Source of the DNA: Candidatus Rifleibacteriota bacterium
Lineage (GTDB): Bacteria > Muiribacteriota > Ozemobacteria > Ozemobacterales > Ozemobacteraceae
Direction of reading: 5' to 3'
DNA length: 34,044 bases
Assembly (NCBI GenBank): GCA_051747585.1
Contig: JBNJGH010000016.1
Span: 11,971 to 46,014 of the forward strand
This document shows, piece by piece, positions 1-8,719 of this stretch (its first letter is position 1; each line of letters opens with the position of its first letter). Under the pieces are notes generated by a model. The model saw only the letters and a list, made by a program, of their open reading frames with translations, was not told the origin of the DNA and ran no database searches. The position numbers and the translations under genes are program-made.

Positions 1-575
1 TCATCATCTACCAAAGCAACATCGTCGGTATTATCACCTTCAGCGCCTTCTCCATCGTCGCCCTCTTCATCTTCGGTATCGGTTGCTCCGGCATCACCTT
101 CAGCTACCTGGCGAGCCCCATGGTTCCCGACCTGGTATTGTCCGGGAGCGAAAAAGGTTCCGCCATCAGCGGCCATATTTGAATTATTACTTTCGAGAAC
201 TTCTTCTGTTCCATCTTCATTTATTCTTCTGGTTTCCCAGGTGATATTGGGATCGCTTTCAAATTCTGCATCTTCTGCAAGGGCTGAAGCTTCGGGGTTA
301 TAAATAAGTGAATGTTCATGCTTTTCGTAATAAACATCTTCGAGACAATTAACCAATTCACTGTCAGGATCACCGCCCCTGAAGTCTTCAGGTAAAACAT
401 AAGGGTTTTCTTTCATACCCAATGTCATATCAGTGGAATCTGGCACCACACTTTCTTCTTCCTGTTCCTGGGTAGCAGCATCTTCGGTTTCTGCCTCGGC
501 ACCAATTACCGGCCAGACAGCGACACAGACATAGAATACCGCTACTAACAACAAGAACTTGTTCATAATTTTCAT
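1..575 (-). CDS. Secreted acidic hypothetical protein (partial, runs off the left edge)
   Basis: Not in the ORF track; translated by hand. SD GAGGAGGAG (580-588), ATG at 575, MKIMNKFLLLVAVFYVCVAVWPVIGAEAETEDAATQEQEE... Signal-peptide-like N-terminus, very D/E-rich, open to position 1. Confidence 0.85.
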   Translation of the reverse strand, partial: MKIMNKFLLLVAVFYVCVAVWPVIGAEAETEDAATQEQEEESVVPDSTDMTLGMKENPYVLPEDFRGGDPDSELVNCLEDVYYEKHEHSLIYNPEASALAEDAEFESDPNITWETRRINEDGTEEVLESNNSNMAADGGTFFAPGQYQVGNHGARQVAEGDAGATDTEDEEGDDGEGAEGDNTDDVALVDD

Positions 576-783
576 AAAACTCCTCCTCTATGATTTTGAA
601 CCTTCACCAAAAAATACGAAAAAGTAATACCTAATGTTTCATATTTCTCTAAATTAATTATACATATTTTTTGATTTTTATGTTTTATCGCAATATAAAT
701 AGAAGCAGTTCTTATGTACACTGTCTTTTTAAAACTTTTATCACAATTATAAAAAATAGGCGTAATAATAGTCAGGGAAATCA

Positions 784-3700
784 ATGCAGCAAGTTCTACC
801 TCTTTCGTTCATAAGTGCATTCAGCTTTGGTCATGGCTGCGTGCTTCCTACGGCTATGGGTGAATTTTTGAAAAACAAAAACATCAATCATCTGCCACTT
901 ACCGATCTTGCAACCACAGCAGGTTTACCAGAAGCTATAAATGTCTGTAACGCATCTGGCATGGATCTACTTTACGGGCAGACCATAATTCATTCGGGCG
1001 GCAAATTATTAATGTATCCGAATGACAAAGAAGGATTTTCATGGCTCAATAAATTCTGCTCGGAACTTTTAAAGAAAATAGCAGCAGATAAAAAGAACGT
1101 TAATTTTATTGATAAAATTTTTTCCGATTCTTTACTGCTGAGAATTCTAAATAAATTCCCCCCCGAAGGTAATGGAAGAATAATAATCTGCAACAGTCAG
1201 AATAATTCTATTTTTGAGTTATTTGAAAGCTGCTATTGGCAGATTTTTTATAAAGTTCCTGAAAATTTGTCTGTTACAGAGCATGAAGAAAGCAGGCAAA
1301 TATGCCGTCATTACGACTTTAAACCAATATTGGCCCCGACAATGAAACTTTTTGATTCACAGCAGAGCAAAACTATGCAGCTTTTAACTGCAATAAAAAG
1401 AGGTAAACTTTTAACAGAAATAAAGCCGGAAGCCTCTTTTGATAAATTTCTGATTCCAGACCCCGACACTGAATTCATACTACAAGCCTTAAAAAACAAC
1501 AAAAAATTTGTAAAGCAAAAAAGCTGGTTTCCTCACACTGATAAATACGAAATGCCGTGTTATACAGACTCAAAAACAAAATCAACCAAGCTTTTAAAAG
1601 AAGTTGCTTTGAGAGGTCTAAAAAAGCGTTACAAAACTATAAACAGAAAAATTAAGAATAGATTTGAATTTGAGTTAGAGATAATAAACGAACTTGATTT
1701 TACCGACTACTTTTTAATTGTCAACGATATAACCAGTAAAGCCAAAGAGCTTGGAGTAAGAGTTCTGGGCAGAGGCTCGGCAGCCAACAGTATTGTCAGT
1801 TATGCTCTTGATTTCACTCAAGTCGACCCTATTGAGCATAATCTTTATTTTGAACGGTTTTTAAATCAGGGCAGAAAGTCTCCGCCTGATATAGATCTGG
1901 ATTTTTCATGGAAAATACGCGACCAGATGTACAAATATCTGCAAAACAAATGGGGAGCCCAAAAGGTTGCATTAATTTCTACCCACATCACTTTTAATTC
2001 GAGAGCTGCAATCAGGGAATCGGGCAAAACAATGGGAACAACCCAGGCCGATCTCGACTATTTGACAAACCTTGTAGGCCGGCAAAATTTAAAGCGCTTT
2101 TGTCAAAACCCTGTTGAATACTCGAGGTTTAAACCAGATAAAGCCCGGCTTAAAGAATTATGGCCCATATTAAAGCTCGCGGCTCAAATAGAGGGTTTAC
2201 CTTCTCATTTTTCTCTTCACGCCGGAGGTCTGGTAATTGCACTGGACAGTCTTTATAACTACACAATTACACAGCCCTCTTCAAAGGTCCTGCCGTTAAC
2301 CCATATAGAGATGCGGGGATGCGAAAAATTCGGTCTGGTAAAACTGGATTTACTCTCGCAACGGGCACTGGGAGTTTATGCCGATGTTAGCCGCGAAATT
2401 GAAGCACAAAACAACCAGAAAATTCCTTCTTTTGAACAAATCTGCAGCGATAAACAACTTAAAGAAAAGCTTAAAAACGGGCGCACCATGGGCGTTTTTT
2501 ATATTGAATCTCCGGGCATGCGTGGTCTGCTGAGCAAATTGAAATGCGAGTCTTTTACCGGCCTGGTGGCAGCAAGTTCTATTATAAGACCGGGCGTAGC
2601 CGAAAGCGGCATGATGAAGGAATATATAAACCGTCACAGAGCTATTAAAAGCTGGAAACCTGACCATCCCCTGATGGGAAAAATTCTAAAAGAAACCTAC
2701 GGAATAATGGTTTACCAGGAAGATGTAATGAAAGTAGCTCATATAACAGCCGGCTTCAGTCTAACCGAAGCAGATATGTTGAGACGTGCGATGAGCGGAA
2801 AAGAACGAAGTTTTGAGCTTATGAAAAAATCGAAACATAAGTTTATTGCCGGCGCATTAAAAAATAAAATTCCTGAAAAAACTGCCAATGAAATATGGCG
2901 ACAAATCAGCAGTTTTTGCGGCTATGCTTTTTGTAAGGCACACAGCGCTTCTTATGCTGTCTTATCAATGCAATTACTATGGATGAAAATTTATTACCCG
3001 GCTGAGTTTTTTTCTGCGGTGTTAAATAATCGAGGTGGGTTCTATAGTCAACAAGCATACACATCCGAGGCAAAAAGAAACGGCTTGAAACTTTACCCGC
3101 CCGATATAAACTGTAGCCGGGCAGATTGTATTCCTTTTAAAGATGGAATTTTAATTGGCCTTTCTTTTATTGGTAAACTCAAGTCTAAAACGATCGAAAA
3201 AATAACAGAGATTCGAGAAAAAAAACTTTTTACCAATGTCGAACAATTTATTAAAAGTATAAAACCGGATAAATCGGAATGGGAAAATCTATTAAGAAGC
3301 GGTTGCCTGAATGAATTCGGCTCACCTGCAGCCAGCAGATGGCAAGAAAAGCTCTCGAGTAATGAAGCAAGCCTGTTTAATAATTTTGAGATCCTGCCTC
3401 TAAAATGTTTTAAAGCTCCTGATCGTAAAGAAAGAATTAAAAATGAAATTTTATCAATGGGATTTTCTGTAAGTGGGCATCCGACCGAACTTCTACCCGA
3501 AAAGAATAAGTTAAAGCCCAAAATTTTCAGAAATTTTGCCAACCAGAACGTTACAATTACCGGACTTCTAATTGCCGTAAAATCAGTTACCACATCTGAC
3601 GACAGGAAAATGAAGTTTATTACCCTCGAAGATGTTAACTCTTTATATGAGATTGTAGTATTTCCTCATTACTGGGAAAAAAGCAAAGTTAATTTAAACA

Positions 3701-3810
3701 ATGCCCTTTTTGTTAAGATTACCGGACGAATTAAAAACGATAATGGAACATGGGTAATACATGGACATAAAATTGAGATACCTTCAACCGCATGGTTAAA
3801 AGCTACATAA
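784..3810 (+). CDS. dnaE2: DNA polymerase III alpha subunit, DnaE2-like (probably error-prone)
   Basis: Motifs SAFSF, GRGSAANS, PPDIDLDF, KLDLL, ESPGMR, IRPG, YQEDVM and YAFCKAHSASYA; C-terminal OB fold; 1008 aa; degenerate PHP domain. RGSAANS and the short length fit DnaE2 better than DnaE1. Confidence 0.8.
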   Translation: MQQVLPLSFISAFSFGHGCVLPTAMGEFLKNKNINHLPLTDLATTAGLPEAINVCNASGMDLLYGQTIIHSGGKLLMYPNDKEGFSWLNKFCSELLKKIAADKKNVNFIDKIFSDSLLLRILNKFPPEGNGRIIICNSQNNSIFELFESCYWQIFYKVPENLSVTEHEESRQICRHYDFKPILAPTMKLFDSQQSKTMQLLTAIKRGKLLTEIKPEASFDKFLIPDPDTEFILQALKNNKKFVKQKSWFPHTDKYEMPCYTDSKTKSTKLLKEVALRGLKKRYKTINRKIKNRFEFELEIINELDFTDYFLIVNDITSKAKELGVRVLGRGSAANSIVSYALDFTQVDPIEHNLYFERFLNQGRKSPPDIDLDFSWKIRDQMYKYLQNKWGAQKVALISTHITFNSRAAIRESGKTMGTTQADLDYLTNLVGRQNLKRFCQNPVEYSRFKPDKARLKELWPILKLAAQIEGLPSHFSLHAGGLVIALDSLYNYTITQPSSKVLPLTHIEMRGCEKFGLVKLDLLSQRALGVYADVSREIEAQNNQKIPSFEQICSDKQLKEKLKNGRTMGVFYIESPGMRGLLSKLKCESFTGLVAASSIIRPGVAESGMMKEYINRHRAIKSWKPDHPLMGKILKETYGIMVYQEDVMKVAHITAGFSLTEADMLRRAMSGKERSFELMKKSKHKFIAGALKNKIPEKTANEIWRQISSFCGYAFCKAHSASYAVLSMQLLWMKIYYPAEFFSAVLNNRGGFYSQQAYTSEAKRNGLKLYPPDINCSRADCIPFKDGILIGLSFIGKLKSKTIEKITEIREKKLFTNVEQFIKSIKPDKSEWENLLRSGCLNEFGSPAASRWQEKLSSNEASLFNNFEILPLKCFKAPDRKERIKNEILSMGFSVSGHPTELLPEKNKLKPKIFRNFANQNVTITGLLIAVKSVTTSDDRKMKFITLEDVNSLYEIVVFPHYWEKSKVNLNNALFVKITGRIKNDNGTWVIHGHKIEIPSTAWLKAT

Positions 3811-3913
3811 CCACTTATAAAACCTGTTGGCTTCAATCCTTGCTGTTAATGTCTTGACTTGTGTATAATTCATGCTGTATTATTTGCCAGCTTTACAAGA
3901 TTGAAGGAGTCAC

Positions 3914-4930
3914 ATGAAAGCGCAAAGAAAAGCAGTTATTCTGGGCACTGGTTTTAATGTTCCAGATAACGTTGTAACCAATGATGACCTTACGAAAATC
4001 GTCGATACTTCAGATGAATGGATTACCACAAGATCCGGCATAAAAGAACGCAGGCATATTGTGGATGGAGACTCTTTACACGACCTGAGTCTTCCTGCGG
4101 CAAAGCAAGCCATGGCTAACGCCGGCGTTAAACCGGAAGAAATTGATCTGATTATTTTTTCGACCTTTACACCGGACTACCAGGTTCCCGCTTCTGCTTG
4201 TATCCTCCAGGACGCCCTTGGCTGCGTAAACGCCGGAGCCTTTGATCTTCAGGCGGCATGCACAGGTTTTGTCTATGGTTCTACCATTGCCTGTCAGTTC
4301 ATTGCTACCGGCACCTATAACAATATTCTTGTTATTGGCGGCGATGTAACAACCCGAATACTTGATTTCCAGGACAGAACCTCCTGCGTTCTTTTTGGCG
4401 ACGGCGTTGGAGCTGCTGTTTACGGGCCAGCAAACAATGACGAAGAAGGCGCTTTTGACAGCCTTCTTGGAGCAATAGGCAGCGGAGCCGATTACATTAA
4501 AATTAAAACCGGCGGCTCAAAATATAGACCGACAACAGAAGCACTTGAAAATCGCGAACATTATCTGACAATTAACGGCAAAGAAGTATTCAAATTTTCA
4601 ACAAGAATTGTCGGCGACATGATTGCAGAAATTCTCGAAAGAAATAACATCACTCTAGATGACGTTAAGTTGATTGTTCCACACCAGGCAAATATCAGAA
4701 TTATTCAGTCAGCTGCCAAAAGATTCAACTGCCCGATTGAAAAGTTCTATACCAATATAGACAAATACGGCAACACTGTTGCCGCATCTATTCCCATAGC
4801 ACTTCATGAAGCCTTGACCAAAGGTCGAATTGAAAAAGGTGATATAGTATTTCTGGTCGGTTTTGGCGGTGGTCTTACTTATGGTTTACTTCCCATAAGA
4901 TGGGGAAGCTATACCAAGCCTGAATATTAA
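3914..4930 (+). CDS. fabH: Beta-ketoacyl-ACP synthase III
   Basis: DTSDEWI..RSGI.ER; catalytic triad in AACTGF, PHQAN and YGNT; GFGGG; SD AAGGAG. Confidence 0.96.
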   Translation: MKAQRKAVILGTGFNVPDNVVTNDDLTKIVDTSDEWITTRSGIKERRHIVDGDSLHDLSLPAAKQAMANAGVKPEEIDLIIFSTFTPDYQVPASACILQDALGCVNAGAFDLQAACTGFVYGSTIACQFIATGTYNNILVIGGDVTTRILDFQDRTSCVLFGDGVGAAVYGPANNDEEGAFDSLLGAIGSGADYIKIKTGGSKYRPTTEALENREHYLTINGKEVFKFSTRIVGDMIAEILERNNITLDDVKLIVPHQANIRIIQSAAKRFNCPIEKFYTNIDKYGNTVAASIPIALHEALTKGRIEKGDIVFLVGFGGGLTYGLLPIRWGSYTKPEY

Positions 4931-4962
4931 AAAAATTGCCGGTTTTTACCGGCAATTTTTTT
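4929..4962. terminator. Bidirectional intrinsic terminator between fabH and hydF
   Basis: A7-TTGCCGGT-TTTT-ACCGGCAA-T7 between convergent genes. Confidence 0.9.
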
Positions 4963-6172
4963 ATTCTTCAAGCATTATCCCGAAGGGTTTTAAAGCATCT
5001 TCGAGTACTCCGTGCAGGTGGGCAATTATTATTCCATAATTGGTTATAGCCACCCCGGCCTTTCTACAGGCCTCTATTCTGCTTAAAATGGCTTTGCGGT
5101 TGGTCATACATCCACCGCATTGAACAACCAGATCAAATTCTTTTAAGTTTTCAGGAAAATTTACTCCCTGACAAAAATCAAATTCTATTTTTCCGCCATA
5201 ATTCTGTCTGACCCAGCGCGGTATTTTAACCCGTCCTATATCGTCTGCCATTTGATGATGAGTACATGATTCTGCAATTAAGATTTTACCTTTATTACCC
5301 ATTTTTTCGAGTTTTCTGACTCCGTCCACATATGCGTCTAGATCTCCCTTATATCGGGCAAATATAACCGAAAAGCTTGTAAACATAACACCTTCGGGCA
5401 CATCAGCTGCAACCTTTAAAAAAGCCTGGGAATCTGTTATTACTAACGCCGGCGGCTTTTTCAAACTATCAAGTGCTGCCTTCAGCTCTCTCTCCTTAGC
5501 TACAACTGCAATTGCATCTGTATCAAGCAAATCTCTTATTGTCTGAACCTGAGGCAAAATCAAGCGTCCCTTTGGAGCTGCCAGGTCTATTGGAACCACA
5601 AGAACTACTACCTGCCCCGGTTGAACTATATCGCCTATGATTGTTCCCGTATCATAATCTTTTAAAGACTTCTGAATTTTACTGCTTTTCAGTTCTTCAA
5701 TACCCTTATGCGTAAGCGCGCTAACTGCGGTAAAATCTGCTCCCAGTCCGACAAGTTCTTTTTTTAAGGACTCAGGAACATGACAATCTTCACACTTGTT
5801 AACTACAACAATAAAGCTAACTTTTTGCTTCTTTAATTTATTTATTAGTTCTTTTTCGCAGTCATAAAGTTTTTCACAAGGTTCAAGCACAAGTAACGCC
5901 AGATCTGTTTTTTTTAGAACCTTGAGACTGGCTTTAACTCTTTGCTCTCCAAGGCTGCCACTGTCGTCAAGGCCAGCGGTATCTATCATTACAACGGGCC
6001 CGAAGGGCAAAAGTTCCATATTTTTATAAACAGGATCGGTGGTTGTGCCGGCGGTATCGGATACCAAAGCTATATCCTGGTTAACCAGTGCATTAATCAG
6101 AGAAGATTTGCCTGCATTACGTCTGCCAAAAAGTGCAATATGAGGTCTAATGCCTCTTGGTGTATTTTGCAT
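4961..6172 (-). CDS. hydF: [FeFe]-hydrogenase H-cluster maturation GTPase
   Basis: GRRNAGKSS, GTTTDPV, DTAG, NKCE, APKGRLILPQVQ, ESCTHH, DIGRVKIP, QCGGC, TNYG. Confidence 0.95.
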   Translation of the reverse strand: MQNTPRGIRPHIALFGRRNAGKSSLINALVNQDIALVSDTAGTTTDPVYKNMELLPFGPVVMIDTAGLDDSGSLGEQRVKASLKVLKKTDLALLVLEPCEKLYDCEKELINKLKKQKVSFIVVVNKCEDCHVPESLKKELVGLGADFTAVSALTHKGIEELKSSKIQKSLKDYDTGTIIGDIVQPGQVVVLVVPIDLAAPKGRLILPQVQTIRDLLDTDAIAVVAKERELKAALDSLKKPPALVITDSQAFLKVAADVPEGVMFTSFSVIFARYKGDLDAYVDGVRKLEKMGNKGKILIAESCTHHQMADDIGRVKIPRWVRQNYGGKIEFDFCQGVNFPENLKEFDLVVQCGGCMTNRKAILSRIEACRKAGVAITNYGIIIAHLHGVLEDALKPFGIMLEE

Positions 6173-6270
6173 TTACATTTCCTTTCGTAAAAAAGGTTTT
6201 AATTATAGTATTATAAATATTGTCTTCAATTTAAATTTACTACTTTTAGCAGTTTTATCTATTAATTTTT

Positions 6271-6852
6271 ATGAGCAAGAAAGACAAAAAACTTAATCGA
6301 TTTGGCTTTTTTAAAGAAATTGCGTCGAATTTTGGCGGAATCATCGATGATCTTTTTGGCGAAAGTCTGGCTGATTTTTCAGAAAAGTTTCCTGATCTGG
6401 TTCGTCCACCGGGTTCGGGCAATGAAGAAGATTTTTTAAAACTTTGCATTAAATGTGGCAAGTGCATAAAAGCTTGTCCGTTTATTGCTTTGCAACCAGT
6501 AATTCATGCCAATGAATTTGACCGGGGGACACCCTGCTTGAGAGTTGCTGCTTCATATTGCCGTTTCTGCAAAGATTTTCCCTGCATAAGCGCCTGTCCC
6601 AGTGGCGCACTTAACTTGAAGAACAAAACAAAAAAAATTGCCACAGCCTTGATTGATGCTGAAAAATGTTTAAGAACCTCAAAAATATCCTGTGATGCCT
6701 GCCGGCAAAGATGCGATTATGGAGCAATAGGATTGACAGCAGAGAATGCAGAACCCGAAATTATTGTTAATAAATGCACAGGTTGTGGAGCCTGCGTCTG
6801 CGTTTGCCCGGTAACACCGACTACTGCTGTTAAACTTATTCCTGAACGTTGA
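6271..6852 (+). CDS. NapG/NapF/MauM-like multi-[4Fe-4S] ferredoxin
   Basis: RPPG followed by CIKCGKCIKACP, CRFC..FPCISACP, C...CDACRQRC and CTGCGACVCVCP. Confidence 0.88.
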   Translation: MSKKDKKLNRFGFFKEIASNFGGIIDDLFGESLADFSEKFPDLVRPPGSGNEEDFLKLCIKCGKCIKACPFIALQPVIHANEFDRGTPCLRVAASYCRFCKDFPCISACPSGALNLKNKTKKIATALIDAEKCLRTSKISCDACRQRCDYGAIGLTAENAEPEIIVNKCTGCGACVCVCPVTPTTAVKLIPER

Positions 6853-7369
6853 CTTTATGACGGTGAGCCATCTTTACATATTTTTTGGCCGATTGTTTTA
6901 CTTTTTCAAGAGTTTCTAAATTGACTTTTCCTTTGATTTTACCGGGCAAACCAACAACCAGAGACCCCGGAGGTATAATCTCATTTTCTTTAACCAGTGC
7001 ACCGGCAGCAATGATTGAGCCCCTGCCTATTTTTGCCCCCGAAAGAATTATTGCCCCCATACCGATCAAACAGTCGTCTTCGATGCTGCAGGCATGTATT
7101 AGAGCTCTATGGCCAACGGTTACATTTCTGCCTATAATTGTATAACCTGTTTCGCCGTCATCATGGGAGGAATCGACATGAATAACGGTTGAATCCTGAA
7201 TATTGGTATTATCTCCAATTTCAATCCAATTAATGTCACCTCTTATTACGCTTCCATACCACAAACCAACATTTTCGCCCAGTTTTACATTGCCGATCAC
7301 TTCTGTAGATGGTGCTACAAAACATGAATCAGGAATCTGAGGAAAAAAATCTTCAAATTTTCTAATCAT
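6836..7369 (-). CDS. Gamma carbonic anhydrase family protein (YrdA/PaaY-like, hexapeptide repeats)
   Basis: RGD, NIQD..VIH, TVGH...H motifs. Its 3' end overlaps the convergent ferredoxin gene by 17 bp. Confidence 0.92.
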   Translation of the reverse strand: MIRKFEDFFPQIPDSCFVAPSTEVIGNVKLGENVGLWYGSVIRGDINWIEIGDNTNIQDSTVIHVDSSHDDGETGYTIIGRNVTVGHRALIHACSIEDDCLIGMGAIILSGAKIGRGSIIAAGALVKENEIIPPGSLVVGLPGKIKGKVNLETLEKVKQSAKKYVKMAHRHKVNVQE

Positions 7370-7550
7370 TTCAAACTTCCCTACAATAAAATTTTAATTT
7401 ACAGTTCAGAAATTTTTTTACAAAAACCATGTGATACAAGACTTTAACGCAGGCACAAGCCTACACCAAAATTTTATTTTTTAATAATTTTATGCTATAA
7501 TAACATGGATATGAAGTTAATGCAGATTTTTGCCGATGGATTAATTGGAT

Positions 7551-7883
7551 ATGCAATCTGAAAACTTCTGGTCAAAACAAAACGGGCAGAAACATTTCGA
7601 CAAGGCTCTTTTACTCGAATCTGAGGGTAAAACCAAAGAGGCGGTAAAAGCTTATCAAAAGGCGGTTGATTGTTTTCCCAAACATGGCCAGGCACAATAT
7701 AACCTTGGGATAGCCCTTGCTACTTTGGGGCAGATAGACCAGGCTATTCGTGCCTGGGAGCGTGCTATATGGCTCGATCCATCTTTTCGTCAAGAGCTTG
7801 TAAAGGCTTTTAACATACAAGATGAACAGGGAGAAGAAACAATCTACCAACCTGATTTGACTTGCCTGGCCAAAGCTGCCTGA
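7551..7883 (+). CDS. Small TPR protein
   Basis: TPR-like repeats (AVKAYQKAVDCFP, AQYNLGIALATLGQIDQAIRAWERAIWLDP). The track starts at TTG 7545; ATG 7551 is the alternative. Extended -10 TGcTATAAT at 7493-7501. Confidence 0.82.
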   Translation: MQSENFWSKQNGQKHFDKALLLESEGKTKEAVKAYQKAVDCFPKHGQAQYNLGIALATLGQIDQAIRAWERAIWLDPSFRQELVKAFNIQDEQGEETIYQPDLTCLAKAA

Positions 7884-7908
7884 ATAAGAACTAAGGAGTT
7901 ATATCAAA

Positions 7909-8034
7909 ATGACTTACTGTTGGGAAATATACAACAATTCAAAGTGTGAAACCTGTAAACACTATTTAGCTTTTCAAAATGACGAGCTTGATATCGATAA
8001 AGTTAAAGATATCGTTGTTGTAGACGAAGACTAA
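7909..8034 (+). CDS. 41-aa Cys-containing small protein
   Basis: SD TAAGGAG (7892-7898), MTYCWEIYNNSKCETCKHYLAFQNDELDIDKVKDIVVVDED*, with a terminator directly after the stop. Confidence 0.7.
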   Translation: MTYCWEIYNNSKCETCKHYLAFQNDELDIDKVKDIVVVDED

Positions 8035-8062
8035 AAAAAAGGCCAATATTGGCCTTTTTTTT
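8033..8062. terminator. Bidirectional intrinsic terminator
   Basis: A8-GGCCAATATTGGCC-T8 between convergent genes. Confidence 0.85.
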
Positions 8063-8066
8063 AATT

Positions 8067-8453
8067 TTAATTATTAAATTCGTCTCTTCTCATAATCCAG
8101 GGCCTGAAAACTTTATCAATAATTGAAAATTTCCTGTAATAATCTTCATTTAAAGGCCGTTTTTCAGGTTCCCAGGGTTTAAATTCTTTTGCAGGCCCTT
8201 CGATCAGAAGGCAGGTATTTTGGTTTTTTTCTTCCAGGAGTCTTGATTGCTCAGCATAAGCCCGTTCAAGATTACCAAGCTTATTCTCGAGCTTTTCCAT
8301 TTTAAAAGCCATATTTTTCAATAAAGCCTGGTTTGCTGCAAGAACCTGACCAATATCAATTGCAACATCGCATGACGGCGCATGCATCTCAGGTTCATTA
8401 TGGTCGGATTGTAACTTTTCTTCTTTTTCGTTCATCTTGATTTCAACCTTCAT
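8067..8453 (-). CDS. Hypothetical coiled-coil protein
   Basis: Track ORF is 8067..8468. The likely start is ATG 8453, after SD AGGAG. Heptad-like centre (LLKNMAFKMEKLENKLGNLERAY). Confidence 0.7.
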   Translation of the reverse strand: MKVEIKMNEKEEKLQSDHNEPEMHAPSCDVAIDIGQVLAANQALLKNMAFKMEKLENKLGNLERAYAEQSRLLEEKNQNTCLLIEGPAKEFKPWEPEKRPLNEDYYRKFSIIDKVFRPWIMRRDEFNN

Positions 8454-8534
8454 TTGCACTCCTGCCATTCTAATTCTTATTGATCTATATCGACAAAACT
8501 GATTACAAAATTAACCGCCTTAAATCACCTGAAT

Positions 8535-8592
8535 TCAACCACCGAGACCCGTCATTATTTATTGGTGGTTGAGCGGGGTCGAAACCACCAAT
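8535..8592. repeat. REP-like palindromic element
   Basis: ATTGGTGGTT-GAGCGGGGTCGA-AACCACCAAT hairpin, plus an upstream TCAACCACC that is complementary to GGTGGTTGA. Confidence 0.55.
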
Positions 8593-8719
8593 TAAACGAG
8601 CTGCATTTGGGTCCGTTCTCTGAATCAGCTACGCTACGCTTACCCTAACTCCGTTCAGGGATCAAAAATAGTTTAATGTTCAGTTGTTTAATAATATTAT
8701 TTTATGATATAAAAAGGTT

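Noticed and set aside
706..723. Possible LexA/SOS box upstream of the dnaE2-like gene (CAGT-N10-ACTG; GTTC-N4-GTAC)
   Set aside because: It does not match CTGT-N8-ACAG or GAAC-N4-GTTC, and only partly matches the cyanobacterial-type motif. Too weak without knowing this lineage's LexA motif.
572..784. 70-aa minus-strand ORF in the track
   Set aside because: It spans an AT-rich divergent promoter region and covers the SD of the real gene starting at 575. No recognisable motif.
7505..7561. 18-codon ORF overlapping the TPR gene start (possible leader peptide)
   Set aside because: No SD, no attenuator structure and no informative codon run. A leaderless uORF cannot be excluded but is unsupported.
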